Origin: a virus
Taxonomy: Duplodnaviria; Caudoviricetes
Length of the DNA: 43,040 bases
Strand: one strand, 5' to 3'
Virus record (IMG/VR): IMGVR_UViG_3300037423_001974
Location: 1 to 43,040 of that record
Below, piece by piece: positions 8,556 to 18,078 of this stretch. The position numbers and the translations under genes were made by a program. Every line of letters begins with the position of its first letter. Positions within the stretch are counted from its first letter, which is position 1. The notes beneath the pieces were generated by a model. It did not search any database and was not told the DNA's origin. It saw nothing but the letters and a program-made list of their open reading frames with translations.

Positions 8556-11500
8556 GCAGCTGGCAGGGTGCGCTGTCGGTCGTCGGCCAGGTCGTCGGTG
8601 CCTACTGGGGCCCCGTCGGCTCGGCCATCGGTGGTGCCGTCGGCAGTGAGATCGGCCGCACCATCGACGGCCCGCAGCAGAACTTCGGGCCGCGTCAGGA
8701 CATCCGCACGCCGCGCTACACCTACGGCGGCACGCTGCCGCGCGTGTACGGGCGCCAGCGCATCGCGGGCTTTCCGGCCTGGGTGAGTCCGCTGATCGAG
8801 GTGGCGCACGAGGAGGAGGTCGGCAAGGGTGGCCCGGTGGCCGAGAACACGGCCTATACCTACAAGGTGCACCTGTGGCTGCTGCTGGCCGAGAACACCG
8901 ACGGCCCCGTCGGCCAGATCAACGCCATCACCCGCGTGTGGCTCAACGGCAAGCTGGTCTACACCGCGCTGGCCGACAGCGACGACGACTCGCTCACCGC
9001 CAGCGCCGCCACCGATGCCTGGGAGTCGATGACGCTGATGCGCGGCGGCCCCACGCAGTTGCCGCCGCCCGAGTACGAGGCGATCGTCGGCACCGAAAAC
9101 GCCACCGCGCTGCGCGGGCGCGCCAGCCTGTTCTTCAAAGGGCTGGACACCGGAGCCTCGGGCCAGCTGCCGCTGGTCGAGGTCGAGGTGGCCACCGCCG
9201 GCGCCGGGCGCCTGCCCGGGCGCCAGCTCGACCTGCGCTTTGCGTCCGACTTCAGCGACAGCAGCCCCTACGGCGCCGAGCCGGTGGAGCACGGCGACAT
9301 GCTGTACGTGCACGACGGCGTGCTGCAGGTGCCGGCGACCACCGGCGACTGCTATGTCGAATACAGCGGGCCGCAGTTCGGGCTGACGGCCGGACAGGCC
9401 TGGCGCGTGCACTGCCGCGTCAGCTGGGGCGACCTGCCCAACATTTCCAACAACATCGTCTGGCGCTGGCTGTTCCCGGACAACGTCAACTTCTACGTGC
9501 TGCAGTTCTACGGCGACACGGGCCTGATCCGCGTCGACGGCCTGGGCACCATCGTCGGGCCGACGCTGACGCCGGACCACATGCACGAGGTCGTGGTCAG
9601 CCACGACGGCATCAGCACGCTGACCTTGACGATCGACGGCAGCGTCATCGGCACCACGACGGTGTCGGCGGCGACCGACCGCAGCGGCTCCGGCAAGTTC
9701 AGCGTCGGTGGCCGCGCCACCATCTTCGGCGCCACCCGCGGCTACCAGATCGACGACGTCTACCTCGACCTGTCGGGCGGTATCACGATCGGGGGCGTCG
9801 ACCTGGCTGACGTCGTGCGCGAGGAATGGCTGCGCTGCCGGCCCTTGAGCGACGCGGTGATCGACCTGAGCGAGCTCGAGGGCGTCGAGGTGATCGGTGT
9901 CGAGGCGCGCGGGCCGGCCAGCGAGGTGACGGCGCGCCTGGGCGCGGCCTACTACTTCGACCTGCTGTGCAACGACAAGCTGCGCGCGCGCCGGCGCGGC
10001 GGCGCCTCCGTGGTGTCGATTCCCTTCCTGGACACCGGCGTCGCGCATGGGCAGGCTGGCGAGCCCTTCACCGGCGTGGTGCGCGAGAACGACATCGAGC
10101 AGCCCGCCGCCGTCGTGGTCACCTACTACAACCTGCTGGCCGACTACGAGCCCGGCAGCGAGCAGAGCGACCGCGTGGTGACCGCCAGCGCCGAGGTGCG
10201 CCAGGTCGGCCTGGGCGTGGTGCTGGAGCCGCCGATGGCCAAGGGGCGCGCCAAGACGATGGCGCTCGACGCCCGCGTGGCCGCGCACACCGGCTCGCTG
10301 GCGGTGTCCGACCGCTACGCCGCCATCGACTGCGCCGACATCATCACCGCCGCCGACCACGAAGGCTCGAGCTACCGACTGCGGGTGCTGCGCACCAACG
10401 ACGCCGACGGCGTGCGCACGCTTGAGGTGTGTCTCGATGATGTGCGCGCGCTGCACGAGTCGGGTGTCACCAGCGTCGACTACACGCCCTCGGTAGTGGT
10501 GGCGCCGCCGGGCGAGTCCGACCTGACGCTGCTGGACATCCCGATCCTGCGCGACGCCGACGACGAGCCCGGCATCTATGGTGCGGTCAAGGGCACCGGC
10601 CGCTGGCGCGGCGCCGCGATACAGCGCAGCGTCGACGACATCACCTATGCCACGGTGGCCACCGTGCTGCAAAGCGCCGTGGTCGGCCAGGCGCAGAGCG
10701 TGCTCGGCGCCGGCCCGGGCGGCTACAAGTTCGACGAGGTCAGCACCCTGCTGGTCGACGTCGGCGCCGGCGTGACGCTGTCGAGCACCACGCGCGCCAC
10801 CCTCTTGGCCGACAAGACGGTCAACGTCATCGCGGTGGGCGTGCACGGGCGCTGGGAGATCCTGCGCTTCCGCACGGCCACCCTGATCGCGCCCGGCATC
10901 TACCGGCTGTCGGGACTGCTGCGCGGCCTGCGCGGCACCGAGCACAACAAGGGCAACCACGAGGTGGGCGACACCGTGGTGCTGCTGCGCAGCGCCGGCT
11001 TGGCGCGCATCGACGAGCTGTTGTCGGACATCGGCAGCGTGCGCTACTACAAGGCGGTGACCAGCGGCACCGCGGCGGCCCTGGTGGGCGGCGAGTCGTT
11101 CACCAGCGCCGGCCAGGCGCTCAAGCCCTTCTCGCCGGTGCACCTGCGCAAGACGGTCGACAACGGCGGCGCCATCGAGGTTGGCTGGACGCGCCGCACG
11201 CGCCGCGCCACCAACTTCGTCGGCACCTCCGGCATCTCGGCGCCGCTTGGCGAGGAGACCGAGCGCTACTACGTCGAGCTGCGCAGCCCGGCCGATGCGC
11301 TGGTGAGCGGCGAATACGTCACCGAGCCCGCTTGGTCCGCGTCGACGCTCGGCCGCACCGGCGGCCTGCAGGCGCCGGCCTGGGGCCTGAAGTCGATCGG
11401 CGGCGAGATCGTGGGCATCCGCGACGACGTGCTGGGCGAATACACGTCGCCCCAGCGTGTGATCCGCTTCGATGCCGCCACCGGCGCGCAGATCGCCCAG

Positions 11501-12373
11501 TCCGACGTGCTGGGCTATCGCATCAATCAGTGGTGCAACAACGGCGACGCCCTCTACCTGGTCACTGCCGACTTCACGGTGGGCACGGTGCCCACCTTCT
11601 ACGCCAACGGCAAGCTGCAGAAGCTCACCCGCACGACGCTTGGCACCGTCGACGCCGTCTACAACGCCACCCAGCCCGGCGACCTGGCCGGCGTCGCCTT
11701 CGACGGAACGCACGTCTGGACGGCCGGCTACAGCACCGGCTACCTGCGCAAGCACGATGCCGCCACGCTGGCGGTGATCGACGAGTACCTGCTCGAGGAG
11801 GGCATCACGCAGCTGCACTACGAAGGCGGCGCGCTGTGGGTGCTCAGCCGCTGGGATGCCCACCAGGTGGTTAAGTGGGACATCGCCACCACCGCCGAGG
11901 TCGACCGCTTCACGGTGGATGCGCCCTATGTCTACGACATGCTGTTCGTCGGTGGCCTGGTCTTCGTGCGCAGCAACGTCGGCCTGCACGTGCACGACAA
12001 GGCGACCGGCGACGAGCTGTACGTGCACGACCTTGGCTCGGGCGGTGCCGGCCTGGCGCAGCGCCAACTGTGCCTGTTCGGCGACTACGTGGTGGCGCTC
12101 AACGGCAGCGGCGTCAAGCTGTTCGATGCCACCACCGGCGAGCTGGCGCGCACGGTGACGCCCAGCTTCTTCTTCATCCCGCCGCCGGCCTTCGTGTGGT
12201 TCGCCTCAGGCTCGATCGGCGACGCGCTGTACCTCACCGGCGCGCGCTCCGGCTACAGCGCCGAGACCTCCGCGTTCGAGCTGCTGGCGGCCAGCCTCGC
12301 CGGCTACTCGCTCACCGTCCGCCAGGTGTCGGCCTCGGTCGGCAACGGCTACCCCGCATCGATCACGCTATGA
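8552..12373 (+). CDS. Tail tip/host-specificity protein (GTA megatron-like) with inserted LamG-like and beta-propeller domains
   Basis: YG..LPRVYG..RI.G N-terminus, WEILRF..A.L...Y.LSGLLRG.RGTE, PFSPVHL, WTRRTR and PLGEETERY motifs. Confidence 0.88.
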   Translation: MSSWQGALSVVGQVVGAYWGPVGSAIGGAVGSEIGRTIDGPQQNFGPRQDIRTPRYTYGGTLPRVYGRQRIAGFPAWVSPLIEVAHEEEVGKGGPVAENTAYTYKVHLWLLLAENTDGPVGQINAITRVWLNGKLVYTALADSDDDSLTASAATDAWESMTLMRGGPTQLPPPEYEAIVGTENATALRGRASLFFKGLDTGASGQLPLVEVEVATAGAGRLPGRQLDLRFASDFSDSSPYGAEPVEHGDMLYVHDGVLQVPATTGDCYVEYSGPQFGLTAGQAWRVHCRVSWGDLPNISNNIVWRWLFPDNVNFYVLQFYGDTGLIRVDGLGTIVGPTLTPDHMHEVVVSHDGISTLTLTIDGSVIGTTTVSAATDRSGSGKFSVGGRATIFGATRGYQIDDVYLDLSGGITIGGVDLADVVREEWLRCRPLSDAVIDLSELEGVEVIGVEARGPASEVTARLGAAYYFDLLCNDKLRARRRGGASVVSIPFLDTGVAHGQAGEPFTGVVRENDIEQPAAVVVTYYNLLADYEPGSEQSDRVVTASAEVRQVGLGVVLEPPMAKGRAKTMALDARVAAHTGSLAVSDRYAAIDCADIITAADHEGSSYRLRVLRTNDADGVRTLEVCLDDVRALHESGVTSVDYTPSVVVAPPGESDLTLLDIPILRDADDEPGIYGAVKGTGRWRGAAIQRSVDDITYATVATVLQSAVVGQAQSVLGAGPGGYKFDEVSTLLVDVGAGVTLSSTTRATLLADKTVNVIAVGVHGRWEILRFRTATLIAPGIYRLSGLLRGLRGTEHNKGNHEVGDTVVLLRSAGLARIDELLSDIGSVRYYKAVTSGTAAALVGGESFTSAGQALKPFSPVHLRKTVDNGGAIEVGWTRRTRRATNFVGTSGISAPLGEETERYYVELRSPADALVSGEYVTEPAWSASTLGRTGGLQAPAWGLKSIGGEIVGIRDDVLGEYTSPQRVIRFDAATGAQIAQSDVLGYRINQWCNNGDALYLVTADFTVGTVPTFYANGKLQKLTRTTLGTVDAVYNATQPGDLAGVAFDGTHVWTAGYSTGYLRKHDAATLAVIDEYLLEEGITQLHYEGGALWVLSRWDAHQVVKWDIATTAEVDRFTVDAPYVYDMLFVGGLVFVRSNVGLHVHDKATGDELYVHDLGSGGAGLAQRQLCLFGDYVVALNGSGVKLFDATTGELARTVTPSFFFIPPPAFVWFASGSIGDALYLTGARSGYSAETSAFELLAASLAGYSLTVRQVSASVGNGYPASITL

Positions 12374-13842
12374 CGACCACCATCATGCAGGAGCTCGCCG
12401 ACGCCCAGTCGTCGCCCGAGCCGATCCTGAACGAGAACTTCGAGACGCTGGGGGCGCTGGCGCTGTTCGGCCTGCACCAGCCGTCGACGCCGATCGGCCT
12501 CACGCTGGGCCTGTACGGCGGGCGCTGGAACAGCAACACCGTCGGCGCGGCGTATGGCAGCACCGACACCCTGCACGTGACGCTGGCGCTGACGGATGCC
12601 ACCACCAACTACGTGGTGGCCAACCGCAGCACCGGCGCGCTGTCGACCAGCACCGCAACCACCAACTGGAACGACACCACCACCTACGGTCGGGTGCGCA
12701 AGGTCGTCACCGTCTCGGGCGCGATGACCGACCACGAGGACTGGCGCTACCAGCCGGGCGGCATCTTCGACTTCTCGGCAGCCTCGGTCTCGGGCGTGTC
12801 GAGCGTCAACGGCGAGAGCGGCGCGGTCACGCTGGATGCCGCCGACGTGGGGGCGATCGCCACCTCGGCGCTCGACACCGACGGCACCATGGCGGCCAAC
12901 AGCGCCGCCAAGGTGCCGGCACAGTCGGCGGTGGTCACCTACGTCAACACTGTCGTCAACGGACGCTCGTGGAAGAACGCGGTGCGCGCGGCGACGACGG
13001 CCAACGGCACGCTCGCGTCGGCCTTCGCCAACGGGCAGACCGTCGACGGCGTGACGCTGGCCACCGGTGACCGCATCCTGCTGAAGAACCAGACCACCGG
13101 CAGCGAGAACGGCATCTACACCGTCAACGCGAGCGGCGCGCCGACGCGCGCGCTGGACGCCGACAGCGGCGCCGAGCTGGTCAACGCCTCCTGCTACGTC
13201 AGCGAAGGCACGACCAACGCAGACACCCAGTGGACCTGCACCACGAATGCGCCCATCACGGTCGGCAGCACGTCCACGACATGGGTGCAGAGCGGCTCGG
13301 GCAGCACCTACAGCGCCGATGGCACCACGCTGCAGCTGTCGGGCACGACCTTCAGCGTCAAGGATGACGGCGTCGCCAACGCCAAGCTCGCCAACATGGC
13401 GACGCAGACGATCAAGGGGCGCACCACCGCGGGTACCGGCGACCCCGAGGACCTGACGGCAGCGCAGGCCGCCGCCATCGTCCAGGGCGACGGCCTGACG
13501 GTGGACCTCGCGGGCTTTCGCGGCATCCCGCAGAACAGCCAGAGCGCGGCCTACACGCTCGTGGCCGCCGATGCCGGCAAGCACATCTATCACCCGTCGA
13601 GCGACGCCAACGCGCGCACCTTCACGATCCCGGCCAACTCGTCGGTGGCGTTCCCCATCGGCACCGCGGTGACGTTCGTCAACGAGACCAGCCAGGTCGT
13701 CAGCATCGCGATCACCACCGACACACTCGTGCTGGCCGGCGCCGGCACGACGGGCACGCGCAGCCTGGCGCAGTACGGCGTCGCGACGGCCATCAAGGTG
13801 ACGTCGACGCGCTGGATCATCAGCGGAACGGGCCTGACATGA
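12370..13842 (+). CDS. Tail fibre protein
   Basis: Thr/Ser/Gly-rich. Contains VSSVNG..GAVTL, DGVTL..GDRILLKNQT..ENGIY and C-terminal YTLV..DAGK...FPIGT modules. Confidence 0.82.
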   Translation: MTTTIMQELADAQSSPEPILNENFETLGALALFGLHQPSTPIGLTLGLYGGRWNSNTVGAAYGSTDTLHVTLALTDATTNYVVANRSTGALSTSTATTNWNDTTTYGRVRKVVTVSGAMTDHEDWRYQPGGIFDFSAASVSGVSSVNGESGAVTLDAADVGAIATSALDTDGTMAANSAAKVPAQSAVVTYVNTVVNGRSWKNAVRAATTANGTLASAFANGQTVDGVTLATGDRILLKNQTTGSENGIYTVNASGAPTRALDADSGAELVNASCYVSEGTTNADTQWTCTTNAPITVGSTSTTWVQSGSGSTYSADGTTLQLSGTTFSVKDDGVANAKLANMATQTIKGRTTAGTGDPEDLTAAQAAAIVQGDGLTVDLAGFRGIPQNSQSAAYTLVAADAGKHIYHPSSDANARTFTIPANSSVAFPIGTAVTFVNETSQVVSIAITTDTLVLAGAGTTGTRSLAQYGVATAIKVTSTRWIISGTGLT

Positions 13843-14618
13843 AGTGGCAACGTGCCGACAGCGGGCTGCTGCTGCCTGACCGTGAACTGGAGGTGCCGCG
13901 CCGCCTGCGCCCGCTGTCCATGGCGGCGCCGCAGCAGGCGTTGCTGGGTGGAGGCGCTGCGTCGACCTTCGCAAACGTCTCGCTGCAGATGCACATGGAG
14001 GGCGGCTCGCTGGTCGACTCCAGCACCAACGCGCACACGCTCACCGTCTCGGGCGCGACGCAGGACACGGGCTGGGCCTATTTCGGCAGCAAGAGCCTGC
14101 TGATCTCCACGGTGGGTGGTAACCAGAACCGGGTCACTGCAGCGAACCATGCTGCCTTCGACATGGGGACAGGCGAGTTCACGATCAGGTTCGCGCTGCG
14201 CATCGCCACGGTGCAAACGGCCATCCTCATCAACAAGGCGTCCGGCACGGGCAGCTCGCCGTTCGTGGTCTTCATCAGCACCAACAAGCTGGTGTTTCGA
14301 ATTACCAACCAGGCCTCAGGGACCGTCGACATCATGAGCACGACGACCCTGGCTGCCAATACGGACTACTGGGTTTGCTGCCGTCGTCGCAACGACACCA
14401 GCAACATGGTCACGGAGTTGGCGATCAACGGCACGATCGAGGCGACCAGCCCGACGCAGCTCCTGACGTTCGACCTGTTCGACAACACCGGGCCGCTGGT
14501 GATCGGCAACTACAACAGTGGCGCCACGTTCCCGCTGCTGGGCCGCATGGACGAGATCCGCATCGCCAAGATGCTGGAGACGGTCGCTGTGCCCGGCTCT
14601 GCCTTCGCCGATTCCTGA
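13839..14618 (+). CDS. LamG/concanavalin A-like lectin domain protein (tail-associated)
   Basis: F..GTGEFTI, L.IG...G.MDEIRI.K motifs. Confidence 0.78.
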   Translation: MKWQRADSGLLLPDRELEVPRRLRPLSMAAPQQALLGGGAASTFANVSLQMHMEGGSLVDSSTNAHTLTVSGATQDTGWAYFGSKSLLISTVGGNQNRVTAANHAAFDMGTGEFTIRFALRIATVQTAILINKASGTGSSPFVVFISTNKLVFRITNQASGTVDIMSTTTLAANTDYWVCCRRRNDTSNMVTELAINGTIEATSPTQLLTFDLFDNTGPLVIGNYNSGATFPLLGRMDEIRIAKMLETVAVPGSAFADS

Positions 14619-14627
14619 CTCAAACCC

Positions 14628-16187
14628 ATGAGCATCACGGTCAAGGGCTACTACATCCTGCGCGACAGCGCAGGGGTGCAGATATCGCGCCACACGTCCG
14701 AGCGTGAGGCGCTGGACAAGGCCGTGTCCGATGTCCTCGACGGCATTCGGCCATACGACCTCTACGTCATTGAACCGCCGACACGAATCGAGGTCGACAT
14801 GCGCAAGAAGAAGCCCACTGCGCCCGCCCCGGCGCCTGCTCCTTCCCCGGCTCCCGCGCCACCAGCGCCTGTGCCCGCTCCGGCGCCGGCGCCCGCCCCT
14901 GCACCCGTACCCGCACCGGCCCCTGCACCCGCACCTGCACCGCTGCAGCTCGCCAAGCCCATGACGGGCGTGCTGTTCTACGCCAACCCGCTGGACGCCA
15001 CGCGGTATGGCGCGGACATGCCGGAGCGCCTGGCCAGGTTCGACTGCGTGCACCTGGGCTTGTGGGCTGGCTTCGGCGTCGACCGCATGAAGGCGATCAA
15101 CGATCGCATCCGCGCCGTCAACGCGAAGGCGCTCATCAGCAACTACACCGTGCTGGTGGACGCGCGCGACCCCAGCAAGCCGATCGCTGGCAACCTGCAG
15201 CAGCCGCTGATCGACGTGGTGGTGCGCAACAACTGGTGGCTGCGCACTGCCGTGCAGCAGACCTATGTGGATTCGCGCACCAGTCCGCCCACCACCATCA
15301 CGGTGCCGGCCGGCGGCTGCTGGTCGCAGCAGTGGGGCTACGACAACTTCGACGTGCTGCCGCCGGCGGGCGCCATCGACGCGCTGACGGGCAAGAGCTA
15401 CGCGCAGCTGCGCGCCGAGTTCGACGCACAGTGGCTGTTCCCTGCGGCGGCCGGCTACGACCTCATGTGGATCGACAACATCTACAACTGGGTGCGCTCG
15501 GCGGCCGACTACCTGCGCCGCGGCGCCAACCAGGCGGCGCGCGACCCCGAGGCGTCCAAAGCCATGCGCCTGTTCTTCGTCGAGTACTTCGCGCACTTGC
15601 GGCGCCTGCTGCCTGGGCTGCTGCTAGGTGGCAACTGCGACGGCATGGCCGAGACGGATGAGTACCGTGGCGTGCTGGAGCTCGCGCTGCTCGAGGGCCA
15701 GATCGGCAAGTCCTATTCCCTTGAAACCTGGGGTGGCTGGAAGCCCATGATGGACCGCTATGTCGGGATGCTGGGCAACGTCAAGACGGGCGGCAAAGTG
15801 GCGTTCCAGGTCTACGGCGCGGCCACCGACTACACCACCATGCGTTACGGCCTGGCGTCGATGCTGCAGGTCGAAGGCGGGTATTACGCCTACACGCCGC
15901 CCAACCACGGCGACACCCAGCGCTACGACGAGTTCGAGGTGCAACTGGGCAGGCGCATCGGCGGCGGCGTGTCGGGCCCGATCCAGTGGTCCGACTACGA
16001 GGGCGGCCGGGCGCTGGTGAATACCAGCGGGCGCGGCAATGCCGCGGTAGGAACCGCCGGCTCGCTCGATTGCAGCGGCTACCGCCGCATCGCCGGCAGC
16101 CAGGACATTCTCGTCAACAACGGCAGGGTCTGCGGCATCGAGACGCTCGCGCCGCGCACCGGCCTCATCCTCGTGAGGGCAGCATGA
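14628..16187 (+). CDS. Putative glycoside hydrolase (GHL15-like TIM barrel) with N-terminal small domain and Pro/Ala linker
   Basis: YD...IDN, GN, E and RYGLAS.L...GYY..YDE...LG....YE.G..LVN pattern recalled from putative glycoside hydrolase family 15-like proteins. Confidence 0.65.
   Translation: MSITVKGYYILRDSAGVQISRHTSEREALDKAVSDVLDGIRPYDLYVIEPPTRIEVDMRKKKPTAPAPAPAPSPAPAPPAPVPAPAPAPAPAPVPAPAPAPAPAPLQLAKPMTGVLFYANPLDATRYGADMPERLARFDCVHLGLWAGFGVDRMKAINDRIRAVNAKALISNYTVLVDARDPSKPIAGNLQQPLIDVVVRNNWWLRTAVQQTYVDSRTSPPTTITVPAGGCWSQQWGYDNFDVLPPAGAIDALTGKSYAQLRAEFDAQWLFPAAAGYDLMWIDNIYNWVRSAADYLRRGANQAARDPEASKAMRLFFVEYFAHLRRLLPGLLLGGNCDGMAETDEYRGVLELALLEGQIGKSYSLETWGGWKPMMDRYVGMLGNVKTGGKVAFQVYGAATDYTTMRYGLASMLQVEGGYYAYTPPNHGDTQRYDEFEVQLGRRIGGGVSGPIQWSDYEGGRALVNTSGRGNAAVGTAGSLDCSGYRRIAGSQDILVNNGRVCGIETLAPRTGLILVRAA
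14814..14943 (+). repeat. Coding (Pro-Ala)n low-complexity linker
   Basis: PTAPAPAPAPSPAPAPPAPVPAPAPAPAPAPVPAPAPAPAPAP, encoded with varied synonymous codons. Confidence 0.9.
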
Positions 16188-16471
16188 GCCAGCACCTGTA
16201 CCTGACCCGGCTGCGCTGGGATGGCCACGCCGGCCGAGGCGAGGCGTGCCATGACGGCGTGTGCGTCGAGTTGCGTGCGGCCCCCGACATCGGCATCGCG
16301 CACCTGCGCGAGCTCGAGTACGCGCCGGCGGTGCGGGTGGCCGCCGCGCGCGTGTCGGCCGATGCCACGCGGGAGCTGAGCATCGTCGAGCGGTTGAGCG
16401 CCCAGGCCTTCGTCGAGCGCGTGGCCACGGCCGCTCGCGCGGCCCTGCAGCCCATCGAGAGTCACCTATGA
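16184..16471 (+). CDS. Hypothetical protein
   Basis: ATG overlaps the upstream stop (ATGA) and its stop overlaps the next start; 95 aa. Confidence 0.7.
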   Translation: MSQHLYLTRLRWDGHAGRGEACHDGVCVELRAAPDIGIAHLRELEYAPAVRVAAARVSADATRELSIVERLSAQAFVERVATAARAALQPIESHL

Positions 16472-16806
16472 CCGTCGACAACCAACGCTCCGAACCGCCG
16501 CCGACGGCGACGGTCACGCACCGGGACCTCGCGCACATTCATGCGCGCCTGGAAAAGGGAGCCGACCGCATGCAGACCATCGAGGATCAGTTGCGCGCGC
16601 AGAAGCTGGAGCTCGACCGCAACACCGAGTTGACGCAGACCATCAGCCGCGACACCGCCGACATCCGCGAGCTGATGGCTGCGGCGCGCCTGGGTTTCAA
16701 GGTGCTGGGTGGCCTCGGCTTGGTGGCCAAGTGGGCGGCGCCCTTCGTGACAGTCGTGATCGCCGTCTATGGTTTCTGGCAATCGCTCAAGGGAGGTGGG
16801 CGGTGA
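16468..16806 (+). CDS. Putative holin/antiholin-like protein (coiled coil plus C-terminal TM)
   Basis: RLEKG..RM..IE coiled coil then a hydrophobic C-terminus; directly upstream of the endolysin. Confidence 0.6.
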   Translation: MTVDNQRSEPPPTATVTHRDLAHIHARLEKGADRMQTIEDQLRAQKLELDRNTELTQTISRDTADIRELMAAARLGFKVLGGLGLVAKWAAPFVTVVIAVYGFWQSLKGGGR

Positions 16807-17381
16807 CGCCTGCGCTGCTGGCCGCGGCGCTGGCCATCCCGCTGGCGCGTGCAAGCCTGTGGGCGGGCCCGCTCGCGCCGGCGCTGGAGCTGGCTGAGAT
16901 CAACAGCGTGCAGCGGCTGGCCTGTTTCCTGGCGCAAGTCGGCCACGAGAGCGGCCGCCTGCGCTTCGCGCGCGAGCTGTGGGGACCGACGCCGCAGCAG
17001 CTGCGCTACGAGCCCGGCACCGAGCTGTCCGCGCGCTTGGGCAACGTGCGCCCGGGCGACGGCCGGCGCTACATGGGGCGCGGTCTGATCCAGGTGACGG
17101 GGCGCGCGAACTACGCGCGCGCTTCCGCCATGCTGCGCGCGCTGTACGGCGAGGTGGTGCCTGACTTCGTCGTTGCGCCAGCGATGCTGGAGGCGCCGCG
17201 CTGGGCGGCGCTGAGCGCCAGTGGCTACTGGCGCGAGCGCGGACTCAATCGCTACGCGGACGCGCACGACTTCGTGACCCTCACGCGCCGCATTAACGGT
17301 GGCGCCAACGGCCTGGCCGACCGCCAGGCGCTCTACACACAGGCGCTCGGCGCCCTCACGCTCGACGAGGTGACCCCATGA
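16803..17381 (+). CDS. Endolysin, glycoside hydrolase family 19
   Basis: FLAQVGHESG, LGN...GDG.RY.GRGLIQVTGR.NY and TRRINGG.NGL.DR motifs. Confidence 0.93.
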   Translation: MTPALLAAALAIPLARASLWAGPLAPALELAEINSVQRLACFLAQVGHESGRLRFARELWGPTPQQLRYEPGTELSARLGNVRPGDGRRYMGRGLIQVTGRANYARASAMLRALYGEVVPDFVVAPAMLEAPRWAALSASGYWRERGLNRYADAHDFVTLTRRINGGANGLADRQALYTQALGALTLDEVTP

Positions 17382-17971
17382 TGGAACTGATCGGCTCGCT
17401 GGTCTCCGGCGTGCTCAGTGGCGGCGCCACCGGTCTGCTGGGCCTGCTGCTGAAGCACTGGTTCGACTTCAAGAAGCGCCAGCAGGACCTGGAGCTGGTG
17501 AGGCTGAACCACGCCAACGCGCTGGAGGTGCGCAAGCTCGAGCTGGACGCGCAGCAGCGCATCGCCGAGCGCGGTGCGCAGGCGCAGGAGCGGGTGGCCG
17601 AGGTGGAGGCCGCCGCGCGCGAGGCCGAGGCGGCCGAGCGCAGCTACCAGGCCAGTCACGAGAGCGATCGCGCCACCTACCTGGCGCCCGAGGCGCAGAA
17701 GTCAAGCCGGCTGGCGCGTTGGCTGATGGCGGCCGTCGACGCGTTGCGCGGCATCATCCGCCCGGGCGTGACGATCTATGTGCTGGTGCTGCTGACGATG
17801 CTGCTGGTGTGGGTGCAGCACCTGTTCGAGCGCGCGCAGCTGCAGCTCACGCCCGAGCAGACCAAGGACCTGGCGCTGCAGGTGATCGGCACCGTGACGT
17901 ACCTGTGCACGACGGTGACGGTGTGGTGGTTCGGCGTGCGCGGGCAGTCGGCGCCGCGATCGCGGTCATGA
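17378..17971 (+). CDS. 3-TM holin-like membrane protein
   Basis: N-terminal TM, coiled coil, IRP motif, two further TMs and a WWFG.R C-terminus, as in GTA-type 3TM holins. Confidence 0.7.
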   Translation: MMELIGSLVSGVLSGGATGLLGLLLKHWFDFKKRQQDLELVRLNHANALEVRKLELDAQQRIAERGAQAQERVAEVEAAAREAEAAERSYQASHESDRATYLAPEAQKSSRLARWLMAAVDALRGIIRPGVTIYVLVLLTMLLVWVQHLFERAQLQLTPEQTKDLALQVIGTVTYLCTTVTVWWFGVRGQSAPRSRS

Positions 17972-17984
17972 AAAACCGGTCATG

Positions 17985-18007
17985 AAAAAAGCCGCCCGAA
18001 GGCGGCT
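17985..18007 (-). terminator. Rho-independent terminator for the pilin transcript (possibly bidirectional)
   Basis: AAAAAAGCCGCC-CGAA-GGCGGCT. On the minus strand this is a GC stem with a UUCG loop followed by a U-tract. Confidence 0.8.
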
Positions 18008-18078
18008 GTGAGCGTTACCTGTTCCCGAGCTTCCCGGCCCGAGCTGTGGCCTTATGCCGGCCCTCGCTGAGAATCCTA

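Noticed and set aside
8273-12067. Very long minus-strand ORFs (also 3567-5876, 12349-13974, 31114-33138, 36311-38668)
   Set aside because: These are shadow frames of real genes in high-GC DNA, with no recognisable motifs.
12370-14618. Diversity-generating retroelement or invertible tail-fibre cassette
   Set aside because: I saw no reverse transcriptase, serine invertase, template/variable repeat pair or inverted fibre copies.
14814-14943. Repeat array as a CRISPR or VNTR
   Set aside because: No repeat-spacer structure; it is a degenerate coding Pro/Ala linker.
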